15,249 nucleotides of DNA from Desulfobacterales bacterium. GTDB taxonomy: Bacteria; Desulfobacterota; Desulfobacteria; Desulfobacterales; UBA5616. How positions within the stretch are numbered: the stretch's first letter is position 1; every line of letters starts with the position of its first letter. The position numbers and the translations under genes were made by a program. Below are positions 7,380-15,249 of the stretch, piece by piece. The stretch is from positions 1 through 15,249 of the forward strand of contig JAWODC010000037.1 in the NCBI GenBank assembly GCA_046483495.1, in the 5' to 3' direction. The notes under the pieces are model-generated. The model was given only the letters and a program-made list of their open reading frames with translations. It was not told the DNA's origin and made no database searches.

Positions 7380-7514
7380 TTTGAATTAAAAAAAATATTG
7401 CTGTTACCGGCGAAAACCTGTACTTTAGTTGCAATCTCAAGATTTGGAATGCATCATATCTTGCAATCCGGCAATTCAATCGCAGAGCTTATAAAATATA
7501 GCAGGAATTCGATT

Positions 7515-9026
7515 ATGACCTCTTCATTCCCAATACTGATCGCGGGCGCCACGGGTTATGTCAGCGGCAGGCTTATACCCGAGCTCATCGAAAAAGGTTA
7601 CCGGGTAAGGGCTTTGGGGCGAAACCTTGAAAAATTGTCCAGCCGACCTTGGGCGGGCCATTCTCAGGTCGAGCTTGTCAAAGCAGACGTCCTGGACCTG
7701 AATTCACTTAAAAAAGCTGTCGACGGATGCCGGGCGGCGTATTATCTGGTACATTCGATGATTGCACGGGGAAATCAATATGTGGAGGCGGATCGCCAGG
7801 CAGCCAAAAACATGGCGAAAGCTGCCGCAGATACCGGGCTGGAGCGGATCATTTACCTTGGCGGCCTTGCAGAAGCAAGGGATAAACCCCTGAGCAAGCA
7901 CCTTAGGTCCCGTATTGAAGTGGCCGAAATTCTTCGCTCCGGAGCAGTGCCGACGACGGTTTTACGAGCTCCGATGATTTTGGGGTCGGGAAGCGCCTCT
8001 TTTGAAATACTCCGTTACCTGGTGGAGCGCCTGCCTATTATGACAACCCCCCGTTGGGTAAGATCCTTGAACCAACCCATAGCCATTCGCAATGTGATTC
8101 ACTATTTGACAGGGTGTCTCGAGCATGAGGAAACCACCGGGCAGACGTTTGATATCGGCGGGCCGGATATCCTGACATATCAGGATTTGCTGGATATCTA
8201 TGCAGAAGAAGCACATCTCAGAAAACGGATTATTATACCGGTACCTGTTCTTACACCGACGCTGAGTGCCTTATGGATAAACCTGATCACCCCCGTTCCC
8301 AAATCGATAGCCTTACCCCTGACCGAAGGGCTTACCAGCGATGCGGTATGCCGGGACAACCGGATTCAATCGATCATTTCTCAGCGGTTGCTTTCCTGTA
8401 GAGAGGCCATTCGACTGGCTTTGGAACGGGTAAAACAGGCACAAGTGGCAACCTGCTGGACGGATGCCGGTGATGCCGTGGAACCCGAATGGGCTCGATG
8501 CGGTGATGCCGTTTGGGCCGGCGGCACCATCCTGACCTCAGCCTACCGGGTTGGTCTGAATGCCGACGCAGAGGAGGTTTGGCATCATGTTTGCCGTATC
8601 GGTGGTGATACGGGATGGTATTACGGAAATTTTCTCTGGCGAATGCGGGGTTTCTTAGACCAAATCATAGGTGGGGTGGGGTTGCGGCGGGGACGTCGCC
8701 ATCCTTCGGAAATCCGTGTTGGGGATGCCCTGGATTTCTGGCGGGTGTTAAGAATCGACCCTCCGCGGTATATGCTGCTGCTTGCGGAAATGAAAGTCCC
8801 GGGAGAAGCATTGCTGGAATTTAATATCGTGTCTATGGATGCCGGGAAGGTTGAATTGAATATCATATCGAAATTTTTGCCCAGGGGTTTATTCGGCATT
8901 CTATACTGGTACGGGGTCTATCCCTTGCACGGGCGGGTATTTAAAGGAATGCTCAGCGCAATTGCCGAAGCCGTCGGCAAACCCTTTGTATATCATCCAA
9001 AGAAAATATACTCCGAAAGCTCGTAG
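7515..9026 (+). CDS. YbjT-like atypical SDR NAD(P)-binding protein with C-terminal DUF2867
   Basis: ATG 7515 after AGGA (preferred over TTG 7398); ILIAGATGYVS Rossmann motif; AYYLVHSM, SKHLRSRIEV and GSGSASFE; DUF2867-type RIGGDTGWY, GDALDFWRV and AEMKVPGEA. Confidence 0.9.
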   Translation: MTSSFPILIAGATGYVSGRLIPELIEKGYRVRALGRNLEKLSSRPWAGHSQVELVKADVLDLNSLKKAVDGCRAAYYLVHSMIARGNQYVEADRQAAKNMAKAAADTGLERIIYLGGLAEARDKPLSKHLRSRIEVAEILRSGAVPTTVLRAPMILGSGSASFEILRYLVERLPIMTTPRWVRSLNQPIAIRNVIHYLTGCLEHEETTGQTFDIGGPDILTYQDLLDIYAEEAHLRKRIIIPVPVLTPTLSALWINLITPVPKSIALPLTEGLTSDAVCRDNRIQSIISQRLLSCREAIRLALERVKQAQVATCWTDAGDAVEPEWARCGDAVWAGGTILTSAYRVGLNADAEEVWHHVCRIGGDTGWYYGNFLWRMRGFLDQIIGGVGLRRGRRHPSEIRVGDALDFWRVLRIDPPRYMLLLAEMKVPGEALLEFNIVSMDAGKVELNIISKFLPRGLFGILYWYGVYPLHGRVFKGMLSAIAEAVGKPFVYHPKKIYSESS

Positions 9027-9086
9027 CGCCTGTCACCTGCCGTCTCAGTGTAAAGAATAATTAGAACCGGCGTCAGCGTGGACTGC

Positions 9087-9263
9087 CTATTCCGCAATAT
9101 CTACATTGCCGGCGTAGCGACCGGCAACACCATCATCGACACAATTGCTCAACTCTTCATCGGTTGCTGAAGCGATGTCCTTCAGAGCGTTGACAGGGCA
9201 GATAAATGCATTGCCCGCGTCATCTTTGACCTTTACCCATACATCTTTTTTTTGTTCAGCCAT
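9087..9263 (-). CDS. Small acidic hypothetical protein, 58 aa, 2 Cys
   Basis: MAEQKKDVWVKVKDDAGNAFICPVNALKDIASATDEELSNCVDDGVAGRYAGNVDIAE; SD AAAGGTGG upstream; near-consensus promoter at 9338-9366. Missing from the ORF track. Confidence 0.8.
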   Translation of the reverse strand: MAEQKKDVWVKVKDDAGNAFICPVNALKDIASATDEELSNCVDDGVAGRYAGNVDIAE

Positions 9264-9337
9264 TGGAAACCCACCTTTAGTTTTACAGCCTTACGCCATT
9301 GATGTGAAAAATCGGATTTGGTTTGAAAACGGTAATA

Positions 9338-9366
9338 ATTATACAGAGCTTTTCTATAGGTATCAA
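9338..9366 (-). promoter_or_regulatory. Sigma70 promoter of the 58-aa protein gene
   Basis: TTGATA (9366-9361), 17-nt spacer, TATAAT (9343-9338). Confidence 0.75.
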
Positions 9367-9677
9367 ATGAAAATAAACAACGATTTGTGATTATCACTAA
9401 TGTCCATCGGTATGTTTGCCTGGTCGATACGGTGCAGCTATCCATATTTAGACATAATGGCGCTTCCGCCGGTGATCGATCAAGCGTAGACCCTGTTCCC
9501 GACCCAACCTTCTCTATGCCTGAAAGGTATTTTTCTGAACTTGCAGCCGAAATCCCGGCATGACAACCGACTTTCTTTGTGATATGCGGATACAGAAAAT
9601 GCGAAATTCGTGCTTACCAATCCCTTCTATTCAGATCCACACGTACGCTTGATCGTGTTGAACCAAAGTACAGCGCT

Positions 9678-12215
9678 ATGGACGAAAAAAACACGAATGC
9701 CGGCAAACCATCCGGCACCCTGGGAACGTTTGCAGGTGTTTTCACACCGAGCATCTTAACCATTTTAGGCATTATTCTTTTTCTGCGGACCGGTTACGTG
9801 GTGGGGTCCGCCGGCCTTGCCCGTTCGCTCATGATTATCGGTATTGCCAATCTCATCACCGTGCTGACGAGTGTCTCACTGTCGGCAATCGCCACGAACC
9901 TCAAAGTCAAGGGCGGCGGCGACTACTACCTGATTTCACGGACGCTTGGGCTGGAATTCGGGGGCGCCATCGGCGTGGTCCTGTTTCTGGCCCAGGCTGT
10001 TTCTATCGCTTTTTACTGCATCGGTTTCGGTGAGGCTTTGGCTGCATCGCCCGTCCTTTCGGCCCAGGCGGTTTCACCCCGGCTCATCGCGGCGGCTGCC
10101 GTTGCTTTTCTTTTTATATTTGCATGGATGGGGGCGGACTGGGCCACCCGTTTTCAGTATGTGGTGATGGCCTTGCTGGCTGCTGCCCTGGCGTCTTTTT
10201 TCATCGGCGGTTTTTCCCGGTGGAACGCCTCAATCCTCGGTGCGAACTGGTCTGCGCCCGCCGGTGGTCTTCCCTTCTGGGTGCTGTTTTCCCTCTTTTT
10301 TCCGGCTGTAACCGGGTTCACCCAAGGGGTGAGCATGTCCGGGGATCTCAAAAACCCGGGAAAAAGCCTGCCAAGAGGCACCTTCATGGCGGTGGGGATT
10401 TCCATCATCATTTATTTCGGTGCGGCCATGGTGTTTGCAGGTGCACTTACCAGTCGCAGTTTGACCGCCGACTATACCGCTATGCATCGCATTGCCGGCT
10501 GCTCAGGACTTATCGATGCGGGAATCATTGCTGCGACGCTTTCGTCGGCCATGGCATCGTTTTTAGGTGCGCCGAGGATACTCCAATCGTTATCCACGGA
10601 CCGAATTTTCCCCTTTCTTACATTTTTTGCCAAGGGTGCCGGGCCGGCAGCCAATCCCCGCCGGGCGGTGGTGCTGGCCGCTGGAATCGCAGGACTGACG
10701 ATTGCACTGGGGAACCTGAACGTAATCGCCCCGGTTGTCTCCATGTTTTTCCTGATTTCCTACGGACTGCTCAACTATGCCACCTATTACGAAGCCCGTG
10801 CTGCAAGCCCTTCTTTTCGACCGACGTTCAAATGGTTCGATAAACGGCTCAGCCTTGTCGGTTTTGCGGCCTGCCTTGGGGCGATGCTGGCCATCGATCC
10901 CATCACGGGCATTATCGCCATATCCATTTTATTTGCCGTTTATCAATACCTGCGGCGTACGGCCGATCCGGCCCGCTGGGCCGACAGCCGCCGTGCCTAT
11001 CACCTGCAGCGGGTCAGGGAGAATTTGCTGCAGGTCAATGCCTCCCCCGAACATCCCCGGGATTGGCGGCCTCAAATTCTGGCCTTTTCAAATGACCCCG
11101 AGCGTCGACCCCGGTTATTGCGGCTGACGGCATGGCTCGAAGGGGGAAGCGGAATGACTACCGTAGTCACACTCCTGGACGGCAAGGATATACTGCTGTC
11201 CAAAAAAAAAGAGGAAGTGGAGAGCGCTTTGCAGAGGGATATCCGTGAACACAATCCGGCGGCCTTCTCACTGGTGTTGACGACGACAAATATGGAGATT
11301 GCCGTTCATACCCTGCTTCAGGCGCATGGCATCGGCCCCTTGCGCACCAATACACTGCTGGTGAATTGGCTCGATGAACAAAACGAATCGGGTATGGGAT
11401 TTCGGGAACTTCTGTTCGTGCGGCAGCTTAAAACGCTTCACCGCCTGGGGTGCAATATCGCAGTGCTTCATGCCGAACCGGAGGCCTGGAGCCGCCTGAT
11501 GGATACCGATGCCGAAAGATCCCGCATCGATCTATGGTGGTCGGAAGATGCCACCGGCAGTCTGATGCTGCTTTTTGCTTATTTGATGACCCGCTCTGAG
11601 GCATGGAAAGGTGCTGTGCTGCGCATTCTGGCATTCCGAAACGATACACCGGAGGACAAGCAGAAGGAGGCCATCCGTCAGGTGTTGCGTGACGCGAGAA
11701 TCGATGCCGATATCGTGTTTGTGCCCGCCATGGATGACGCCGCTGTCATTTCGGCATCGGCTGAATCGACATTGATATTTCTACCCTTTCGATTTAGCGG
11801 CAATTTATTTGAACTTCCGGTGAAGTGTCCGGCCGAAGAGCTTCTGGAAAAGCTGCCGACAGCGGTTATGACGTTGGCCGCCGAAGATATCGATTTGGGT
11901 GCCGAGCCGGATGAGGGGATCGCCGCTGAACTGGCTGAAGCAAGAGACCTGTTGGAAAAAAGGAAGCGATTGGCCGAGGCGTCGGAAAAGGAAGCTGAAG
12001 AGGCCGAAAAAGCAGCCGAATCCGCGGAAGCGAAGCTTCGAAGGAGCATGTCCCGTCCTGAAAATGATCGAGACGAAGATCGTATCAAAGCACTGATCGT
12101 CGAACGGGATAAAGCCGTGGGGTCGGCGGAAAAAGCCCGGCGAAAAGCGGCCAAGGCCGGAGCTAAAGCCGAAGAGGCCCGGGAGGCCGTTGATTCGGCG
12201 GATACGGATAGGTAG
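9678..12215 (+). CDS. Prokaryotic cation-chloride cotransporter homologue (SLC12/CCC family, APC superfamily) with a charged C-terminal extension
   Basis: GTFAGVFTPSILTILGIILFLR, SAIATN, GGGDYYLISRTLGLEFGGAIG, FFPAVTG..SGDLKNP, DWRPQIL and GIGPLRTNT are CCC-type motifs. ATG 9678 preferred over GTG 9579; start uncertain. Confidence 0.9.
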   Translation: MDEKNTNAGKPSGTLGTFAGVFTPSILTILGIILFLRTGYVVGSAGLARSLMIIGIANLITVLTSVSLSAIATNLKVKGGGDYYLISRTLGLEFGGAIGVVLFLAQAVSIAFYCIGFGEALAASPVLSAQAVSPRLIAAAAVAFLFIFAWMGADWATRFQYVVMALLAAALASFFIGGFSRWNASILGANWSAPAGGLPFWVLFSLFFPAVTGFTQGVSMSGDLKNPGKSLPRGTFMAVGISIIIYFGAAMVFAGALTSRSLTADYTAMHRIAGCSGLIDAGIIAATLSSAMASFLGAPRILQSLSTDRIFPFLTFFAKGAGPAANPRRAVVLAAGIAGLTIALGNLNVIAPVVSMFFLISYGLLNYATYYEARAASPSFRPTFKWFDKRLSLVGFAACLGAMLAIDPITGIIAISILFAVYQYLRRTADPARWADSRRAYHLQRVRENLLQVNASPEHPRDWRPQILAFSNDPERRPRLLRLTAWLEGGSGMTTVVTLLDGKDILLSKKKEEVESALQRDIREHNPAAFSLVLTTTNMEIAVHTLLQAHGIGPLRTNTLLVNWLDEQNESGMGFRELLFVRQLKTLHRLGCNIAVLHAEPEAWSRLMDTDAERSRIDLWWSEDATGSLMLLFAYLMTRSEAWKGAVLRILAFRNDTPEDKQKEAIRQVLRDARIDADIVFVPAMDDAAVISASAESTLIFLPFRFSGNLFELPVKCPAEELLEKLPTAVMTLAAEDIDLGAEPDEGIAAELAEARDLLEKRKRLAEASEKEAEEAEKAAESAEAKLRRSMSRPENDRDEDRIKALIVERDKAVGSAEKARRKAAKAGAKAEEAREAVDSADTDR

Positions 12216-12407
12216 GGTTTTTGGGATCGTTTTGAGCGTTATGAGCGTTCGTTTGAATCTTAATGCTCAAGGTTGAAAGCCGGATCGGGCATTCATTCCC
12301 CCATGTGCAACCCGAACATAGGCTACAGTTTAGCCCGATGACATGGATTACACGGTTTGAGACATCGTTTACATCGGATCGGTTCTAATTTAGGAAAAGT
12401 ATTCGTT

Positions 12408-12471
12408 GTCGGTATCGGTATCGAAATTCATAAAAGAAAAAAACGATCCCGATCCCGATCCCGATTTCGAC
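12408..12471. repeat. Hexamer-periodic inverted repeat
   Basis: gtcg-gtatcg-gtatcg-aaa ... cgatcc-cgatcc-cgatcc-cgattt-cgac: NNATCG units on the left, complementary CGATNN units on the right, A-rich spacer between. Confidence 0.65.
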
Positions 12472-12568
12472 TGCCTTGAACAGCTTATAGCCCGAAGATT
12501 TCAACGAACGTTCCTTCGCTCTAAACGCCCTCCATCAGGGGACTTTTTTTCAACATAGCCGGTAAATC

Positions 12569-12597
12569 TTGATCAAGAATCGTAGAAAGTCTATAAT
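12569..12597 (+). promoter_or_regulatory. Sigma70 promoter of the CNNM gene
   Basis: TTGATC (12569-12574), 17-nt spacer, TATAAT (12592-12597). Confidence 0.7.
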
Positions 12598-12652
12598 ATT
12601 AAAATGATAAAAGAAAAAAATTCTATGTAGACCTGAACAGATCATCGAAAAT

Positions 12653-13837
12653 ATGAAAATGAAATTACCGGGTGCTCTTGCTCTTTTTTGCTTGCTGACA
12701 GATGCTCGATATGCAGTTTCGGCTTCATTCATGGATTCGGCCATCTCTACCGCTGATGTTCATCGAACGGATGTTTTGCTGCTGATTGCATACGTGCTGA
12801 TCGCGCTGTTTTTTTCTTTTCTATGCTCCGTTTCGGAAGCGGTTCTTTTGAGCATTACGCCCTCCTACATCGAAGGCCTACGAAGCAAAAAACAAAAACG
12901 GGCCGAAATGCTGAAAACGCTTAGGCTGGATAACGTTGACCGGTCACTGGCTGCCATATTGACCTTAAACACCATCGCCCACACCGTCGGTGCGATCGCC
13001 GCCGGGGCCAAAGCAACCGACGTATTCGGAAGCGCCTGGATCGGGTTGTTCTCGGTGGTCATCACACTGATGATCCTGTTTTTTTCCGAAATCATTCCCA
13101 AGACGCTTGGCGCCGTGTATTGGTCGAATCTTGCCTGGATAACGGCGTATTTCATCCGCGGCATCATAATCGTCCTTTATCCACTGATTCGAATCTCGGA
13201 AAGTCTGACCAAAATCATTGCTTCAGGCAAGATCATGCACGTCTTCAGCCGGGAAGAATTCATGGCCATGGCTTCCATCGGCGAAAAAATGGGTCATATC
13301 GAAAAGCATGAATCACGAATCATCCGTAATCTGTTTCGATTCGGTTCCCTGTCGGCGAGGGATATCATGACGCCCCGTACCGTCATTTCGGCATTGCCGG
13401 AAGATCTTTCAATTTCGGAAGCTGCCGGTACTGCCATTCGCACTGCATTTTCACGGCTGCCGGTTTACGGCAAGGAGATTGGCGATGTTACCGGTTTCGT
13501 CCTGAAAGATGAAATTTTGATGCTTAAATCCCAGCAGAAGAATCACGTAAAACTGTCATCCATAAAACGTGAAATAACCGGTGTTCCGGAAAACATCTCT
13601 TTGGTGCACCTGCTGGAATTTTTTCTGGACAACCGCCGCCACATCGCACTCGTCATCGATGAGCACGGCGGGATTCGAGGACTCGTAACGCTCGAGGATG
13701 TCGTGGAAACACTGCTGGGCATGGAAATTATCGATGAGATGGATAAGATCACCGACATGCGGGTCCTTGCACGAAAAAGATGGGCTGATCGCGCAAAAGC
13801 GCTCGGCATCGAGGCCGACCTCATTGACGATTTTTGA
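12653..13837 (+). CDS. CNNM (DUF21) + CBS-pair protein, hemolysin/CorB-like Mg2+/Co2+ transport family, lacking the CorC domain
   Basis: FSFLCSVSEAVLLS, AILTLNTIAHTVGA, FSEIIPKTLG, DIMTPR, FSRLPVY and IDEHGGIRGLVTLEDVVETLLG. Start could be a later ATG. Confidence 0.92.
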   Translation: MKMKLPGALALFCLLTDARYAVSASFMDSAISTADVHRTDVLLLIAYVLIALFFSFLCSVSEAVLLSITPSYIEGLRSKKQKRAEMLKTLRLDNVDRSLAAILTLNTIAHTVGAIAAGAKATDVFGSAWIGLFSVVITLMILFFSEIIPKTLGAVYWSNLAWITAYFIRGIIIVLYPLIRISESLTKIIASGKIMHVFSREEFMAMASIGEKMGHIEKHESRIIRNLFRFGSLSARDIMTPRTVISALPEDLSISEAAGTAIRTAFSRLPVYGKEIGDVTGFVLKDEILMLKSQQKNHVKLSSIKREITGVPENISLVHLLEFFLDNRRHIALVIDEHGGIRGLVTLEDVVETLLGMEIIDEMDKITDMRVLARKRWADRAKALGIEADLIDDF

Positions 13838-13858
13838 ATATCATGGGAAAGGATATGA

Positions 13859-14731
13859 ATGATGATCGATTTGTCAGAGATTAAAATGACAGGTACAGGC
13901 ATCGTGCGGCCCGAAGGGGTTATGGCTCTTGACGACGGCCGTCTTTTTACGGCCGACGGCCGGGGTCGTTGCGCTCGAATCGATGCTGCCGGAGAAACAT
14001 CATTCTTCGGCGAATTGGGCGGCGTGCCGAACGGCATTTGCATCGACACCGATGGGAACTGCATTGTCGCAAATATCGGCAACGGCCAGGTGCAGGCGCT
14101 CGAACCCGGCGGCGGACACACGGTTCTCTTTACCGAAGCGGACGGCCGGAAAATGCCGGCGCCGAATTTTCCCTATATGGATTTCAAGGGGCGCCTGTGG
14201 GTCTCGAATTCCACGGCAAACAGCGATATCGATGCAGCGCTGCGGAATCCTTCTCCCGATGGCTGTGTCGTGATCATGGAAAAAGGGGAGGCTCGGGTTG
14301 CTGCAGACGGCATTTATTTTTCAAATGGCGTAACCCTGGATCAATCGGAAGCGTACCTCTATGTGGCCCAAACCATGAAACGGAACGTGCTGCGTTATTC
14401 GATTCGCGTTGACGGTTCTTTAGGCCCGGCCGAAGTGTACGGCCCGAAATCCCTGGGCGACATGGGCTTTCCCGACGGCATTGCCTTTGATGACGCGGGC
14501 AATTTGTGGGTGACCTTCCCGGCCCGCAATGCTGTGGGCTATATCACGCCCGATGGGGATCTCGAGATGTTTCTTGAAGATCCGGAAAGAAACGTGCTCC
14601 ATCAACCCACCAATATCTGCTTCGGAGGCAAAGACCGGAAGACGGCGTATCTGGGAAGCCTCGAAGGCACTTCCATCCCTTATTTTCCCGTGCCTCATCC
14701 GGGGATGCGGCTGGTGCATCAAAAGCCTTGA
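13859..14731 (+). CDS. SMP-30/gluconolactonase/LRE family beta-propeller
   Basis: Metal-ligand motifs RPEG, VPNG, FSNG and FPDGIAFDDAGNLWV; PTNICFGG. Confidence 0.9.
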   Translation: MMIDLSEIKMTGTGIVRPEGVMALDDGRLFTADGRGRCARIDAAGETSFFGELGGVPNGICIDTDGNCIVANIGNGQVQALEPGGGHTVLFTEADGRKMPAPNFPYMDFKGRLWVSNSTANSDIDAALRNPSPDGCVVIMEKGEARVAADGIYFSNGVTLDQSEAYLYVAQTMKRNVLRYSIRVDGSLGPAEVYGPKSLGDMGFPDGIAFDDAGNLWVTFPARNAVGYITPDGDLEMFLEDPERNVLHQPTNICFGGKDRKTAYLGSLEGTSIPYFPVPHPGMRLVHQKP

Positions 14732-14912
14732 ACGGCCGGCTCCCCATCTCATAAAGACAAGTGAATTTTAAAGCATAAAAACCGGCAGGGCAGACAAAAC
14801 ATTTTCGTGCAGTCAGGTGAATGGATACGCTGTTCACCCCATATGCTCGATCGGTTTCCGTTGGTAATCTGGCGAAAAACAAGGAAACCTTCTTTTGCCT
14901 GGAGAAATGATC

Positions 14913-15107
14913 ATGCTTTGCAGCCTGTCCAATTTAAAAGAAACGGATGTTAAGAACATCACCGAGCTGGAAAAAGCGTTGGGAAAAACGCTGCTGGCTT
15001 ATTCCTGCCATGACATTCAATTGGCGGAGTTGAATGAAGAGGAGCTGAACCGAATCAAAAATCTCGAACAGAAAATGGGGATATCCCTTGTGGCGCTGAA
15101 CGTATAA
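14913..15107 (+). CDS. Small hypothetical protein (64 aa) with an internal tandem duplication
   Basis: ATG 14913, 8 nt after GGAG; halves SNLKETDVKNITELEKALGKTLLAY and AELNEEELNRIKNLEQKMGISLVAL align. Confidence 0.75.
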   Translation: MLCSLSNLKETDVKNITELEKALGKTLLAYSCHDIQLAELNEEELNRIKNLEQKMGISLVALNV

Positions 15108-15135
15108 AGGAGAGCGGCTGGCTTGTAGAGCGCTG

Positions 15136-15225
15136 TTATAGATTCCGTCCGATATCATTGGCCGTTTTCATGGCTTGGAATATTTCTCCGATTTTATCGG
15201 CATCTCCGATGTATGATTCGCAGCT
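15136..15225 (-). pseudogene. Possible C-terminal remnant of an FAD-dependent oxidoreductase
   Basis: SCESYIGDADKIGEIFQAMKTANDIGRNL* resembles the IGDA...AxxxG C-terminus of NADH:flavin oxidoreductases, but in-frame stops lie just upstream (15228-15226, 15246-15244). Confidence 0.35.
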
Positions 15226-15249
15226 TCAAACAGGCTTTGGCCTTTACCA

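Noticed and set aside
7429..7468. Direct repeat ttgcaatc upstream of the SDR gene as a regulator site
   Set aside because: Two 8-mers in AT-rich DNA with no assignable regulator.
9087..9263. Ferredoxin (because of ICPVNAL)
   Set aside because: Only two Cys; no CxxCxxC motif.
12528..12550. Terminator ccct-ccatc-aggg followed by a T tract
   Set aside because: The stem is only about 4 bp and is separated from the T run; too weak to call.
10124..14121. ORFs 10124..10843 (+), 11678..12154 (-) and 13543..14121 (-)
   Set aside because: Alternate-frame or antisense shadows of the CCC, CNNM and SMP-30 genes.
14778..14860. Structured leader or c-di-GMP riboswitch before the 64-aa gene
   Set aside because: Short helices exist (aaaccg/cggttt, ggtgaa/ttcacc), but GEMM consensus motifs are absent and this much pairing is expected by chance.
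1..15249. CRISPR array, tRNA/rRNA, transposase or integrase
   Set aside because: No regularly spaced direct repeats, RNA gene signatures or recombinase motifs seen.

Overview
Gene-dense chromosomal window from a bacterium, probably an anaerobic Desulfobacterota/deltaproteobacterium (inferred from gene content only). The left part (minus strand) is a metal-uptake operon, most likely for Ni/Co. It contains a TonB-dependent receptor, a DUF4198 periplasmic protein, a membrane-anchored NikL/CbiL-like protein and a further secreted protein cut off by the window edge. The operon's leader holds the most interesting signal: an unannotated 28-codon, 2-Cys uORF whose 3' codons can pair with the 5' arm of a strong intrinsic terminator. 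That is the layout of a ribosome-dependent attenuator, and no known riboswitch is recognisable there. The middle has an internally deleted M24 (creatinase-like) pseudogene, two divergent iron-sulfur flavoprotein genes, a PLP aminotransferase, a YbjT-like SDR and a 58-aa protein missing from the ORF track. The right part has a prokaryotic SLC12-type cation-chloride cotransporter with a coiled-coil tail, a CNNM/CBS protein, an SMP-30/gluconolactonase and a small internally duplicated protein. Two full copies and one partial copy of a ~140-bp palindromic element share fixed motifs and spacing, but their inner stems differ while staying paired. All calls come from reading the sequence; no searches or folding programs were run.
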